Source: an uncultured virus (IMG/VR IMGVR_UViG_3300021378_000017) (lineage: Duplodnaviria; Heunggongvirae; Uroviricota; Caudoviricetes). From it: a stretch of 20,000 nt of DNA. The position numbers and the translations under genes are program-made. This document shows, piece by piece, positions 7,983 to 16,662 of the stretch. The stretch lies in the IMG/VR virus record IMGVR_UViG_3300021378_000017. One strand, given 5' to 3'. The notes below the pieces were generated by a model. It did not search any database. It was not told the origin of the DNA and saw only the letters and a program-made list of their open reading frames with translations. Position 1 is the stretch's first letter, and each line of letters starts with the position of its first letter.

Positions 7983-8630
7983 TTAAAGTTTAGAGAGGAA
8001 ATTTTTAAACGCTTTAATCTCTGCTTCAGCTAAATGCTTTTTAGGAGTACGCTTTATTTCAGTCTCAATTGATTCAATTTCTTGTGCAGTTAAGATACCG
8101 TTATTCCATATCCAATCAACACCTTCCATAATTCCATTGACAAATGCCTCTGGAGCGGAAGGGTCCTGGACTATATCTACAGTTGCAAGCATAAAATCCT
8201 TGCCCACGTAACTAGTACCATTCTTCTGTACAAGACTACCCATACCACGACTTGATACACCAAGCTTAACTCCACCTTCGAGCAAACCTTCAACGATTTG
8301 TCCCATAGGGGTTTTAAGAATTGATGCTTTTCCAATAACATTACTTCCCTCAAATTTGAGATCCGTAATCTTATGTGAAACTTTATCCAGGTTAATTGTT
8401 GGACCTTCAGGGTGATTTAATTCCCCTACTGCTCGTCCACTTTTCACCTGTTCGACTACGTATTTTTCTACCGCAGCCTCTAAAATTTGTTTTTCATATA
8501 TGCGACCGTTTCTATTCTTTTGATCGGCCTGCATAAACACGCCTTCAATGACGTGCTGTTTGCCACCACTTTTGGTAGCTTCTGTATAACATTCGATATT
8601 ACTATCGGTATATTCAGATATTAACTTCAT
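7983..8630 (-). CDS. gp21: Prohead protease gp21
   Basis: Segments IEGVFMQAD.KNRNGRIY, GELNHP, VSHKI, GVSSRGMGS and DIVQDPSAPEA. Confidence 0.97.
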   Translation of the reverse strand: MKLISEYTDSNIECYTEATKSGGKQHVIEGVFMQADQKNRNGRIYEKQILEAAVEKYVVEQVKSGRAVGELNHPEGPTINLDKVSHKITDLKFEGSNVIGKASILKTPMGQIVEGLLEGGVKLGVSSRGMGSLVQKNGTSYVGKDFMLATVDIVQDPSAPEAFVNGIMEGVDWIWNNGILTAQEIESIETEIKRTPKKHLAEAEIKAFKNFLSKL

Positions 8631-8640
8631 AGTTGTTCCT

Positions 8641-8811
8641 TTATGACTCTTCAGCTTTAGAAGCTCGATCGGTCATTGTTGATGCTAAGTCGATTTTTTT
8701 TGCATCGAGTGCATCTTTTAATTTATCAGCCATAATGCTATTAAAGTTATCACTAGCTTTAACATTATCGTTACCTTTTAAATTATCAATTAATGATTCT
8801 ATACTACTCAT
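8641..8811 (-). CDS. Small prohead core protein (gp67-like), 56 aa; below the ORF-track cutoff
   Basis: Manual translation: MSSIESLIDNLKGNDNVKASDNFNSIMADKLKDALDAKKIDLASTMTDRASKAEES*. GAGG SD and a late promoter lie upstream; it sits between gp20 and gp21. Confidence 0.82.
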   Translation of the reverse strand: MSSIESLIDNLKGNDNVKASDNFNSIMADKLKDALDAKKIDLASTMTDRASKAEES

Positions 8812-8831
8812 TTCAGTTCCTCTTGTTTATA

Positions 8832-8839
8832 TATTTATA
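8832..8839 (-). promoter_or_regulatory. T4-type late promoter for gp67-like-gp21-gp22-gp23
   Basis: Intergenic TATAAATA just after the gp20 stop. Confidence 0.88.
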
Positions 8840-8844
8840 AGTTT

Positions 8845-10329
8845 TTATAAGTCAAGATCAAGGTCATCGTCATCTCCAGCATCTTTTTCTGCATCCATCT
8901 GCGTTCTAAGTGCCTCGATTTCGTCGTCATCTTGTCTAAGAATATTTTTTCGTACCCATTCATGTGATACATATTTACCTACATATTCATCAAGTGTAGC
9001 TAACATTTCAAATCTTTCACGAATGATTTCGGATTCTTTTAATTCACTGAAGTAATTGTCCTCAATGTAATTAAACGCTATATATTCTTTCCAGCTTCTC
9101 CAATCTTCTTTAGTAATAACACCTTTTAACAAAAGCTGTGTTTTTAATACTTGCATGAAGATATCAGAAAATCTTTTTCTTATTCTATCAATAAACTTCT
9201 TAAATTTAACTTCGTCTCTACTTATTTCAGTAGCTCTACCTAAGCTAAATTGTGCTTCTTGCTCTAATCTGTTCATAGGAACATTTAAAGCTTTATATAA
9301 TTTCTTTTGGAAATAGATTATATCATCTATTTGCCCTAGGTTTTCTCCACCTGGAAGTGTAGATATTTCAGTACCTCTACCACCTTCTCTTCTTGGTAAA
9401 AAGAAATCCTCTAACATTGACATATGTTTTCTGTCATCTTTTACATCACCAGTTTTAGCATCATATACTAATTTATTACGATACTTATTCATGATGTTCT
9501 GTAAGTACTCTTCAGCCTTACCCTTAGGTAAATTACCTACATCAATATAAAAAATTCTTCGTTCAGGAGCTCTAGATATTCTGTAAATAACTAATGAGTC
9601 TTCCATCATCCTTAACTGATTTACAGGCTTAATAGCTTTCTGTAAATGTGATAAAATTCTTTTACGGCTTGGATCTAACATACCTGATGTGCAGTATGCT
9701 ATAGAATCAGGATGAATTTTAAGTCCTTGATTCGCTCTATCCATATGTACATCTTGAAACATGAAATATTCATTAGATTTTTTAATTAACTTTGCACCCG
9801 TCTTAGGATCAGTTTCTTCTTCAATCTCTTTAATCTTTCTAATTTTAGTAGGATCAATATATCTTAATTCTTTTAAACCAGCTTTAGGGTTTTTATCATC
9901 TATAATCATATGATATGGTAATCTACCATCTACATACCATTTTCTAAATATATCATGTCCAGTGCTATTAAAGTTTAACAGCTCTAAAACATTATCGAAT
10001 TCTTTTCGTATATTCTTCTTAATGTTATCAGATATTTTTAATCTATCTAACACAATTGCTACAGGAGCTGCATTAAAGTCTCCAGTAATAGCCTCGTTTA
10101 CAATATCATCAATAGCAGCATCGCATTCAGGCTGAACTGAAATGTCTCTATACTTAAATATGAGCTCATTTTCATTTTTTACTTTATCTCCATCAATATC
10201 AAGGTATTGGCCAAAGTGACCACCTGTGCTAATTACGCCAGTTCCTTCTGCTTCTGTATCAGGAACAAAAGAAGGCCTAATAGGCTCTTTACCTTTTCTA
10301 TTAATCTCAAATCCGAACAATTCTGCCAT
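8845..10329 (-). CDS. gp20: Portal protein gp20
   Basis: Segments FRKWYVDGR, LRYIDP.KI, NQLRMMEDSLVIYRISRAPERRIFYIDVGNLPK and EDFFLPRREGGRGTEISTLPGG. Confidence 0.99.
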   Translation of the reverse strand: MAELFGFEINRKGKEPIRPSFVPDTEAEGTGVISTGGHFGQYLDIDGDKVKNENELIFKYRDISVQPECDAAIDDIVNEAITGDFNAAPVAIVLDRLKISDNIKKNIRKEFDNVLELLNFNSTGHDIFRKWYVDGRLPYHMIIDDKNPKAGLKELRYIDPTKIRKIKEIEEETDPKTGAKLIKKSNEYFMFQDVHMDRANQGLKIHPDSIAYCTSGMLDPSRKRILSHLQKAIKPVNQLRMMEDSLVIYRISRAPERRIFYIDVGNLPKGKAEEYLQNIMNKYRNKLVYDAKTGDVKDDRKHMSMLEDFFLPRREGGRGTEISTLPGGENLGQIDDIIYFQKKLYKALNVPMNRLEQEAQFSLGRATEISRDEVKFKKFIDRIRKRFSDIFMQVLKTQLLLKGVITKEDWRSWKEYIAFNYIEDNYFSELKESEIIRERFEMLATLDEYVGKYVSHEWVRKNILRQDDDEIEALRTQMDAEKDAGDDDDLDLDL

Positions 10330-10349
10330 AGTTTATACCTTTACAATAG

Positions 10350-10375
10350 TGACAGGGACGCAATTGTCCCTGCCA
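10350..10375 (-). other. Stem-loop between gp19 and gp20
   Basis: Minus strand TGGCAGGGAC-AATTGC-GTCCCTGTCA: 10-bp stem with one G-U pair; no clear U tract follows. Confidence 0.75.
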
Positions 10376-10381
10376 TATTAT

Positions 10382-10389
10382 TATTTATA
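10382..10389 (-). promoter_or_regulatory. T4-type late promoter for gp20
   Basis: TATAAATA 3 nt after the gp19 stop. Confidence 0.85.
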
Positions 10390-10392
10390 CGA

Positions 10393-10920
10393 CTAAGAAG
10401 TAGTGTCAGATTCCCAATAAGTCACCTGCATCTCAACTGTGAACTCTTCGATTGCATTCTCAGAGTCATAGTTTAAATCAATTGCAGATAAATTAGTAGG
10501 ATAACATCCTCTTACGTTATAAGTTTTTACAGTGTCTCCAGCCTTATTCAATTGCTCGATTACTACATCCGACTGATATTCAGTTGGGTTTGATAATCCA
10601 GTATTTGCGTTGTGCTGATTAATTCCATTCATCCATCGTTCGAAGCTATTTCTAACCTCAAATGCAGCATCATTGATAACAGTTAATGTAACTGGTTCAA
10701 AGGTTCTATCACCTGCTACTGACATCTTTCTTCCTCTGAAATTTAATTCAATGGGAGCGATTACAGAAGATGGGATAGCTACTGCTTTACACAAGAATGA
10801 AGTTAATTCCACATTTCCCTGAGCATAGCTAGGGAAGTTTACTGTAGCCTTAAACAAGTTAGGTCTTGCACCACCGCCTGTCAGCTTAGATTTAAAATCA
10901 TCTATACCTAAAATTGCCAT
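10393..10920 (-). CDS. gp19: Tail tube protein gp19
   Basis: Segments FKSKLTGGGARPNLF, FRGRKMSVAGDRTFEP and YPTNLSAIDL...IEEFTVEMQV.YW; follows gp18. Confidence 0.96.
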   Translation of the reverse strand: MAILGIDDFKSKLTGGGARPNLFKATVNFPSYAQGNVELTSFLCKAVAIPSSVIAPIELNFRGRKMSVAGDRTFEPVTLTVINDAAFEVRNSFERWMNGINQHNANTGLSNPTEYQSDVVIEQLNKAGDTVKTYNVRGCYPTNLSAIDLNYDSENAIEEFTVEMQVTYWESDTTS

Positions 10921-10931
10921 TATACTTCTCC

Positions 10932-12644
10932 TTAATTAGAGCCGGCGATTTCTGAAAAATCGACGCCTGTTCTAGTTGCTATAAAGTTCAAGGTAATGAA
11001 GTTAATAGATCTTGATGGCTTGATAAAGATATCAGCTACAAAACTATTAGAATCAATTACTTGTCCTGTATTATTTGTTTCGTCACAGATTACTTTAAAG
11101 TCTGTAACTCCTCTTCGGCCTTTAACATCCCTTAAGAATGGTTCCACTAAATTCCTAAATTGTGCTCTAGTAAATTCATCATTGAACTCAAAGAGTTGTC
11201 CCTTAGCAGCTGTTGAAATTGATTTTTCCAATACGATGAATAAACGTCTAACGTTAATTCTATCGAATGCTGAAGGTTTAGGTGATAAAGTTTTATCTCC
11301 GAATAAAATTGTTCCTTCTCCAGGGAAAGATACGAGTGGATTGACCTTAGCCTTATACAACTCATCTCTTTGTGCTAGATTAGGGTTAAATGCTAATTTG
11401 GTAACACCTAGTAGTTGACCTCTAGTCGAACCAGCTGGTGAGAACCAAGCATCTGCTGCTAAATCAGTACCTGCACATAGTCCAGCAATGTGACCTGCGC
11501 CACCGATCCAACGATACTTATCATTGTACTTATCGTACACATATAAAGCACCTGAATCTGCTGATCCGTATGAACTCTTAGTTACTGTTCCGACCCATGT
11601 AGTTACATTAGTTAATGCAGTACCTGGTGCGATACCTGCTGTTGAAACAACAGGAGGTGAAACAAAAGCCATACAGTCTTTTCTGGCTGCAGCCATAGCA
11701 ATTAGTTTATTAGCAATTGTTGCTCCACTAGCATCTGGATAAGCAAATAGTAAATTAACATCTACTGTTTCTCCGTCTGCTAAAAGATCGTATGCTGTTG
11801 ATATTTCACCAGTTGTTGGTGCGTTATCGTCAGCTCCACCTGCTAATGATCTAGTTTGTACTGTTGAACCAACTACGTATGCTGCTGTTGAAGCAATAGG
11901 TGCTCCAATGTTTGAGCTAGAAATAGTTGGATGCGCTAACCACCAAACATAGCTTGATCTGTTATTAATAACATCTACGTAATAGTTAGTTGTGCCGTCG
12001 TCTGCTTTAGCGTCTGATCCCACACTTACGAATGGGAAAGTTTCTAAAACTGTGTTTGGAGTTCCGCTCCATAAGCCTGTTGTATCAATTACAGCAACAT
12101 GGACTTCGTCCAATGCACTAGTTTTACCTAGCACGTCTGCCGCGTAATTTGATGTTCCAGGTGCTGAATCGAAGCTACCTTTGTAAGCCCAGCTTGAAAA
12201 TCCTAGTGGTCCACAAAGTTCAACCTTAAGGCTGTTACCTAGTGTGCCAGGGTATTTTGCAGCCCAGCCTCCCATAGCGTTAGTGTTACCTGAAGCAGGT
12301 GCACCATCGTCATGGTTAGTTTCGTAATCAGTACTATTTTTAATTAGTACTCCTGATGTACCAGAAGTCGCGTTTAAGTGACCGCTGGTTGCTCTAACAA
12401 CCTTTAATGATCTGCCGTATTTTAAAAATCCAGCAGCAGTTAAAAAGTAGTTAGCGGTATTGGAATCTGTAGGTTGACCAAATATTTCAGCTAGATTCTT
12501 TTCTGAACCTACCGTGATTACTTCGTCAACTGGACCCCAATTAAATGACCCTGCGAATCCACCAATACTGGTTGATACGGCAGGAACAACGCCCGTTGCG
12601 TCAATTTCTTTGACCTGGACGCCTGGTGATACTTGAAATGCCAT
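10932..12644 (-). CDS. gp18: Tail sheath protein gp18
   Basis: Segments SPGVQVKEID, FNWGP, WFSPAG, FDRINVRRLF, FEFNDEFTR and IKPSRSINFITLNF. Confidence 0.98.
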   Translation of the reverse strand: MAFQVSPGVQVKEIDATGVVPAVSTSIGGFAGSFNWGPVDEVITVGSEKNLAEIFGQPTDSNTANYFLTAAGFLKYGRSLKVVRATSGHLNATSGTSGVLIKNSTDYETNHDDGAPASGNTNAMGGWAAKYPGTLGNSLKVELCGPLGFSSWAYKGSFDSAPGTSNYAADVLGKTSALDEVHVAVIDTTGLWSGTPNTVLETFPFVSVGSDAKADDGTTNYYVDVINNRSSYVWWLAHPTISSSNIGAPIASTAAYVVGSTVQTRSLAGGADDNAPTTGEISTAYDLLADGETVDVNLLFAYPDASGATIANKLIAMAAARKDCMAFVSPPVVSTAGIAPGTALTNVTTWVGTVTKSSYGSADSGALYVYDKYNDKYRWIGGAGHIAGLCAGTDLAADAWFSPAGSTRGQLLGVTKLAFNPNLAQRDELYKAKVNPLVSFPGEGTILFGDKTLSPKPSAFDRINVRRLFIVLEKSISTAAKGQLFEFNDEFTRAQFRNLVEPFLRDVKGRRGVTDFKVICDETNNTGQVIDSNSFVADIFIKPSRSINFITLNFIATRTGVDFSEIAGSN

Positions 12645-12709
12645 CGCTTTATCCTCTTAATTTGAGTTAGTTAATATGTTCTCATAATACGGTTATATTC
12701 AATCATAGT

Positions 12710-12717
12710 TATTTATA
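12710..12717 (-). promoter_or_regulatory. T4-type late promoter for gp18-gp19
   Basis: Intergenic TATAAATA 65 nt upstream of the gp18 ATG; GAGG SD present. Confidence 0.88.
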
Positions 12718-12729
12718 TGTTTTAACATT

Positions 12730-14334
12730 CTAATAAAGCCCTTGATGTTTGTCTACTTCCATCCAAACATTACCTTCTTTATCAACTTCCTTATCGTTAT
12801 CTTCATCACTACTAAATACACCAAATGGTAGCATGTCATCTTGTATAGCTTGAAGTTGCTCTTTATATAAAAGTGTTTTCATATCTATATCAGTTATACC
12901 ATGAAATATATCAGTGGTAGTAAACCAAGAAAACAATACTAAATTCATCATTAAATCATCATGGTTATTACCTGAAGCTTCCCATGATGATCCTCTATTT
13001 ACAAATGTACTCATTTCAATAATAGTATTAGCATCTATAATATGAAGCTTTTTCTCTATAATTAGATCCTTTACTGCTGAGCAACCTATTCGTTTTAATC
13101 GTTTGGTCATTGTAGCACCAAGTGCATTACGTTTTACCATTGACTCAACAAACATGTTTTCATATTCTAAATCATAATATAAACCATTACAAACTACCGC
13201 ACCTTGGTCATTACTTTCAATAATAGTATATGCTTCGTTATAATGATTAGCCCATTTGTATATAAGATCAGGAAATAGTATTGGGGATATGTTATTATCT
13301 CTAAATACACATACTTGTTTAAACGGATCCACTGATACATCTATAATTGTAAACGTAGAATAGTCTAATCCTCTACCTTTAGCAACATCAACTGTCATTA
13401 TATATTGATGATCTTCTACTGGATTTTCATATACAAATATATTTTCAGTAAATGATATTGGATCTAAAGCCTTTTGTGCTAATAACTCATTAGCTGGAAT
13501 AAGAGTGTTTCCTCGTCCATGAAATGAATTACCGAACTCTTGATCAAACTGAAGTGATGAAGTATTAGCAATGGTCTGTTCTTTCCACTCTTCGTTTCTT
13601 CCTGGTACATCCCACCAGTCGACTCTAAAAGGTTTAAACTCATTCGTATTAGTTGCTGCACCTTCCCATAGTTTATGATACACATTACCTACACCGTTTG
13701 CAGTAGATGTTATAATAATTTTAGTATCTTTACCTGATGATATTACTGGATATGTAGATGTATAAAACTGCGCATCGTTTTCTACAAAAGCAAACTCATC
13801 TAAAAACAATAAGTTAATAGAAAGACCACGAATGGAAGAACCAGATGTTGCTGCAGCAATAATTTTAGAGTTATTGCTAAATTCAATAGATCCTTTATTT
13901 AAAGCCTTACAGCCAGGTTGTAAAAAGAAGGGTAAATTTTCTAAAGCTAAAGTAATACGTGCTAACATCTCTCTAGCAACTGCACCCTTGTTAGCTAATA
14001 TAGCAATGGTTTTTTCTGGGTGAAAACACGCAAACCAAAGTAAAAATATAACTGATGATATAGATTTACCACTTTGTCGACATGCTAAAACAATAGAAAA
14101 TCTATTTTTATGAAAGTGATCGAACATATCTTCTTGATACGGCCATAAATCAAATGGTACTAAACCTTTATCAAGTGATATAACCTTAGCATAAGTTATT
14201 GCAAAGTATGCTGGATTCTGCATGCATTTCTTATACTCACGGATTTCGTCAATACTAAACTCTGACTCAACTCCGTCTCGTTTTACATTAGGATTACCTA
14301 AATAACCGAATTCGTTATTCTTTATTTGGCTCAT
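12730..14334 (-). CDS. gp17: Terminase large subunit gp17
   Basis: YLGNPN, Walker A RQSGKS, Walker B LLFLDEFAF, ITSTANG, and nuclease motifs VDVAKG..DYS and HDDLMM. Confidence 0.98.
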   Translation of the reverse strand: MSQIKNNEFGYLGNPNVKRDGVESEFSIDEIREYKKCMQNPAYFAITYAKVISLDKGLVPFDLWPYQEDMFDHFHKNRFSIVLACRQSGKSISSVIFLLWFACFHPEKTIAILANKGAVAREMLARITLALENLPFFLQPGCKALNKGSIEFSNNSKIIAAATSGSSIRGLSINLLFLDEFAFVENDAQFYTSTYPVISSGKDTKIIITSTANGVGNVYHKLWEGAATNTNEFKPFRVDWWDVPGRNEEWKEQTIANTSSLQFDQEFGNSFHGRGNTLIPANELLAQKALDPISFTENIFVYENPVEDHQYIMTVDVAKGRGLDYSTFTIIDVSVDPFKQVCVFRDNNISPILFPDLIYKWANHYNEAYTIIESNDQGAVVCNGLYYDLEYENMFVESMVKRNALGATMTKRLKRIGCSAVKDLIIEKKLHIIDANTIIEMSTFVNRGSSWEASGNNHDDLMMNLVLFSWFTTTDIFHGITDIDMKTLLYKEQLQAIQDDMLPFGVFSSDEDNDKEVDKEGNVWMEVDKHQGLY

Positions 14335-14737
14335 TTATAATTTTACTTTCATCTTGTTTTAATAATAATCTTTGTAAATCAGAACTGCTTCCAACAAATA
14401 AGTTATTGTTTGTCACTTCACGGGATGGTCCTTTTTTATCGACCAAATCTTTTTTACTTTTCTGTAGTACCATTAGTTTATCAGTAGTATCACCGATATC
14501 TTTAATAGCTTTAGATAATACTTCAAATGCTCTAGGATGTTCAGATTCTTGAGCTAATTGGGCAAGTGAATCCAGAGATAACATCCCTGTATTAATTAAA
14601 TCTTTATAAGTTTTTCTGGAAAATTCGTAATCGTCTTTAATATCTTTAATATCAATTTGATCTTTCACTGGCAATTTACTCTCAGATTTTTGAGGTAAAT
14701 TTTTTGCCAAACTATCCATCATTTTATCTTTCTTCAT
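14315..14737 (-). CDS. gp16: Terminase small subunit gp16
   Basis: Segments DDYEFSR, AQESEHPRAFEVL and NNNLFVGSSSDLQRLL; overlaps the gp17 start. The exact start codon is uncertain (M1 or M6/M7). Confidence 0.93.
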   Translation of the reverse strand: MKKDKMMDSLAKNLPQKSESKLPVKDQIDIKDIKDDYEFSRKTYKDLINTGMLSLDSLAQLAQESEHPRAFEVLSKAIKDIGDTTDKLMVLQKSKKDLVDKKGPSREVTNNNLFVGSSSDLQRLLLKQDESKIINEPNKE

Positions 14738-14745
14738 AATAGTAT

Positions 14746-15717
14746 TTATGTATAACTAGAAATAGTAGCAGTTACGTCAGCCGCAGATCCAGTAATAGTC
14801 TCATCCTCAAAAAAGTATCCAGTTGTTGTGTCAACTGTAATTGTAGAACCACTTATAGCGGTTATTTCAGCAGTAGATGCTGATGATGTTCCTGTAATAG
14901 TTTCACCTATAATAAACGTGTCTGATATATCACTTAATGATAATACAAAACTATCTGGAACATTTAAATAATCATATGTTGTCGTTATAGTATGATTATC
15001 TGATTCATTAGCAGTTTTAGGATTTACTGCTAAGTTAATTCCTTCTAAAAATTGGCCTGTGTTATCTTTGTCAAAAAAGTCTATATCAATTTCTTTAATA
15101 ACTGACTGATTCTGTGTTGGTCCAAAGAATCGCATTTTCATTGTAAAGTCTAAAGTATATGTTAATACTCTACGACTAGCAAAATCGCCTTCATATTCAT
15201 CATTTATAGCAACGCTTATTAGTGTAATAGGTACATCTTCTTTATATGTGGTCCAACCATCGATAGGTTTAATCGTAACAGTGTACTCTGGCTGAAAATA
15301 CGGAAGTATTTGTTCTATAATCTGTAAACCATCGTCCTGGTTTTTAGCCATAACGTTTAACTGCATTCCGATTGAATATGTTGTTTGTTGTTTAACAGTT
15401 TTCTTTCTGGTAGAATCACTTGCATGATTTTCACTAATCTGAGCTCTTTTATTTAACTTCGACGTTAAATCTTGCTCTAATCCAGTTATTTCAAATGACA
15501 TCCTAGGAAGTTTAATTGCAAAAGAAGCATCGTTCATGGTATCAGCATCTAATCTAGCTAAGAATTTCTGTTTAGGTCCATATGCTAATGGAACTTTAAC
15601 TTGATTAATAACACTACCATCACTTTTCTTTCTAACAATACCTATATTATTAAATATAGTTCCGAATACTGCTACTGATTTTCGCAATGTAGCATGATAG
15701 AAATGATCTCCAAACAT
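14746..15717 (-). CDS. gp15: Tail sheath stabilizer/completion protein gp15, with C-terminal extension
   Basis: Segments FYH...FGTIFNNI, KVPLAYGPKQKFLARL, LPRMSFE and QIIEQILPYFQP. Confidence 0.95.
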   Translation of the reverse strand: MFGDHFYHATLRKSVAVFGTIFNNIGIVRKKSDGSVINQVKVPLAYGPKQKFLARLDADTMNDASFAIKLPRMSFEITGLEQDLTSKLNKRAQISENHASDSTRKKTVKQQTTYSIGMQLNVMAKNQDDGLQIIEQILPYFQPEYTVTIKPIDGWTTYKEDVPITLISVAINDEYEGDFASRRVLTYTLDFTMKMRFFGPTQNQSVIKEIDIDFFDKDNTGQFLEGINLAVNPKTANESDNHTITTTYDYLNVPDSFVLSLSDISDTFIIGETITGTSSASTAEITAISGSTITVDTTTGYFFEDETITGSAADVTATISSYT

Positions 15718-16658
15718 TAATAAGTCTCCGATGGATCGCCGAATGGATTAGATTCGGTAAAGTCTATAAAGTTATCACCTTCAATTTCAAAGTGTACATT
15801 TTCTGCTTGGCCATCTGATGCAAATGTATTAGCATCGTCTTTATCGCCTATAGTAACAATGTCTGTTATATAGCATGTGTTACTACTAGTTCCTCCAACC
15901 AAACCTAATGTAGGAGATACCAAGAAGTTCTTCCCTTGACCTTCCGAACCAGTTACACCGATATTACTTACGCTAATATTAGCAGCAATATCTGAAGTTT
16001 TAATAATAGTTTGTATTTCACCAGTTACTGTTACTGTAGGACCAGTTGATATTATTTGTGATACTGTCTCTCCAACTTCAAAGTGATTACCACCAGTTAA
16101 AGATACTGTCATTGTCTGTACGTACGAGTTCTTAGCTTGAACTGTATCAATAGCAACAACATCTGTTTCAAAATCATCATCACTATATTCATATAGGCTA
16201 CATTGTAGTTTATAAACTGGTAAATTTGATAATTGATAGAAAGGTTGTTCATGTTCAACAAACATAATTTCAAAGAACTTGTTTGTCATTGGTAAGAATA
16301 AAAGATCACCAGATTCTGGTGTAGGATTAACATCGTTTGTTTGATAAAAACCGATAAGTTTTTCCCACTGTCTTTTAGAGATAATAAAATTAGCTTCGTC
16401 TCTAATTTCTAATCCAAATTTAGAATATAAATCCCCTGAACCTTCAAACCCTTCTGCATTTTCAATATAAGCTTCAATCATATACGCATCATCAAATTTT
16501 GATGCACTATCTTCGCCTAATATATCATCTCTATTAAGCATTGTTCTAGGCAAGTAATAGACATCCTGACCATATATCTTAAGAGACTCTATGATCAAGT
16601 CTTCGTATAAATTCTGCTCAGTTTTTACAGCCTGAGAAAAGTAAACGCTTCTTGGCAT
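15717..16658 (-). CDS. gp14: Neck protein gp14
   Basis: Segments EQNLYEDLIIESLKIYGQDVYYLPR, SKFGLEIRDE, FEIMFVEHEQPFYQL and C-terminal DFTESNPFG. Confidence 0.95.
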   Translation of the reverse strand: MPRSVYFSQAVKTEQNLYEDLIIESLKIYGQDVYYLPRTMLNRDDILGEDSASKFDDAYMIEAYIENAEGFEGSGDLYSKFGLEIRDEANFIISKRQWEKLIGFYQTNDVNPTPESGDLLFLPMTNKFFEIMFVEHEQPFYQLSNLPVYKLQCSLYEYSDDDFETDVVAIDTVQAKNSYVQTMTVSLTGGNHFEVGETVSQIISTGPTVTVTGEIQTIIKTSDIAANISVSNIGVTGSEGQGKNFLVSPTLGLVGGTSSNTCYITDIVTIGDKDDANTFASDGQAENVHFEIEGDNFIDFTESNPFGDPSETY

Positions 16659-16662
16659 TTAT

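Noticed and set aside
7983..8630. Somewhat higher GC in gp21 and in the 5' part of uvsW as a sign of recent horizontal exchange
   Set aside because: The difference is modest, similar to gp23 and gp18, and cannot be quantified by eye.
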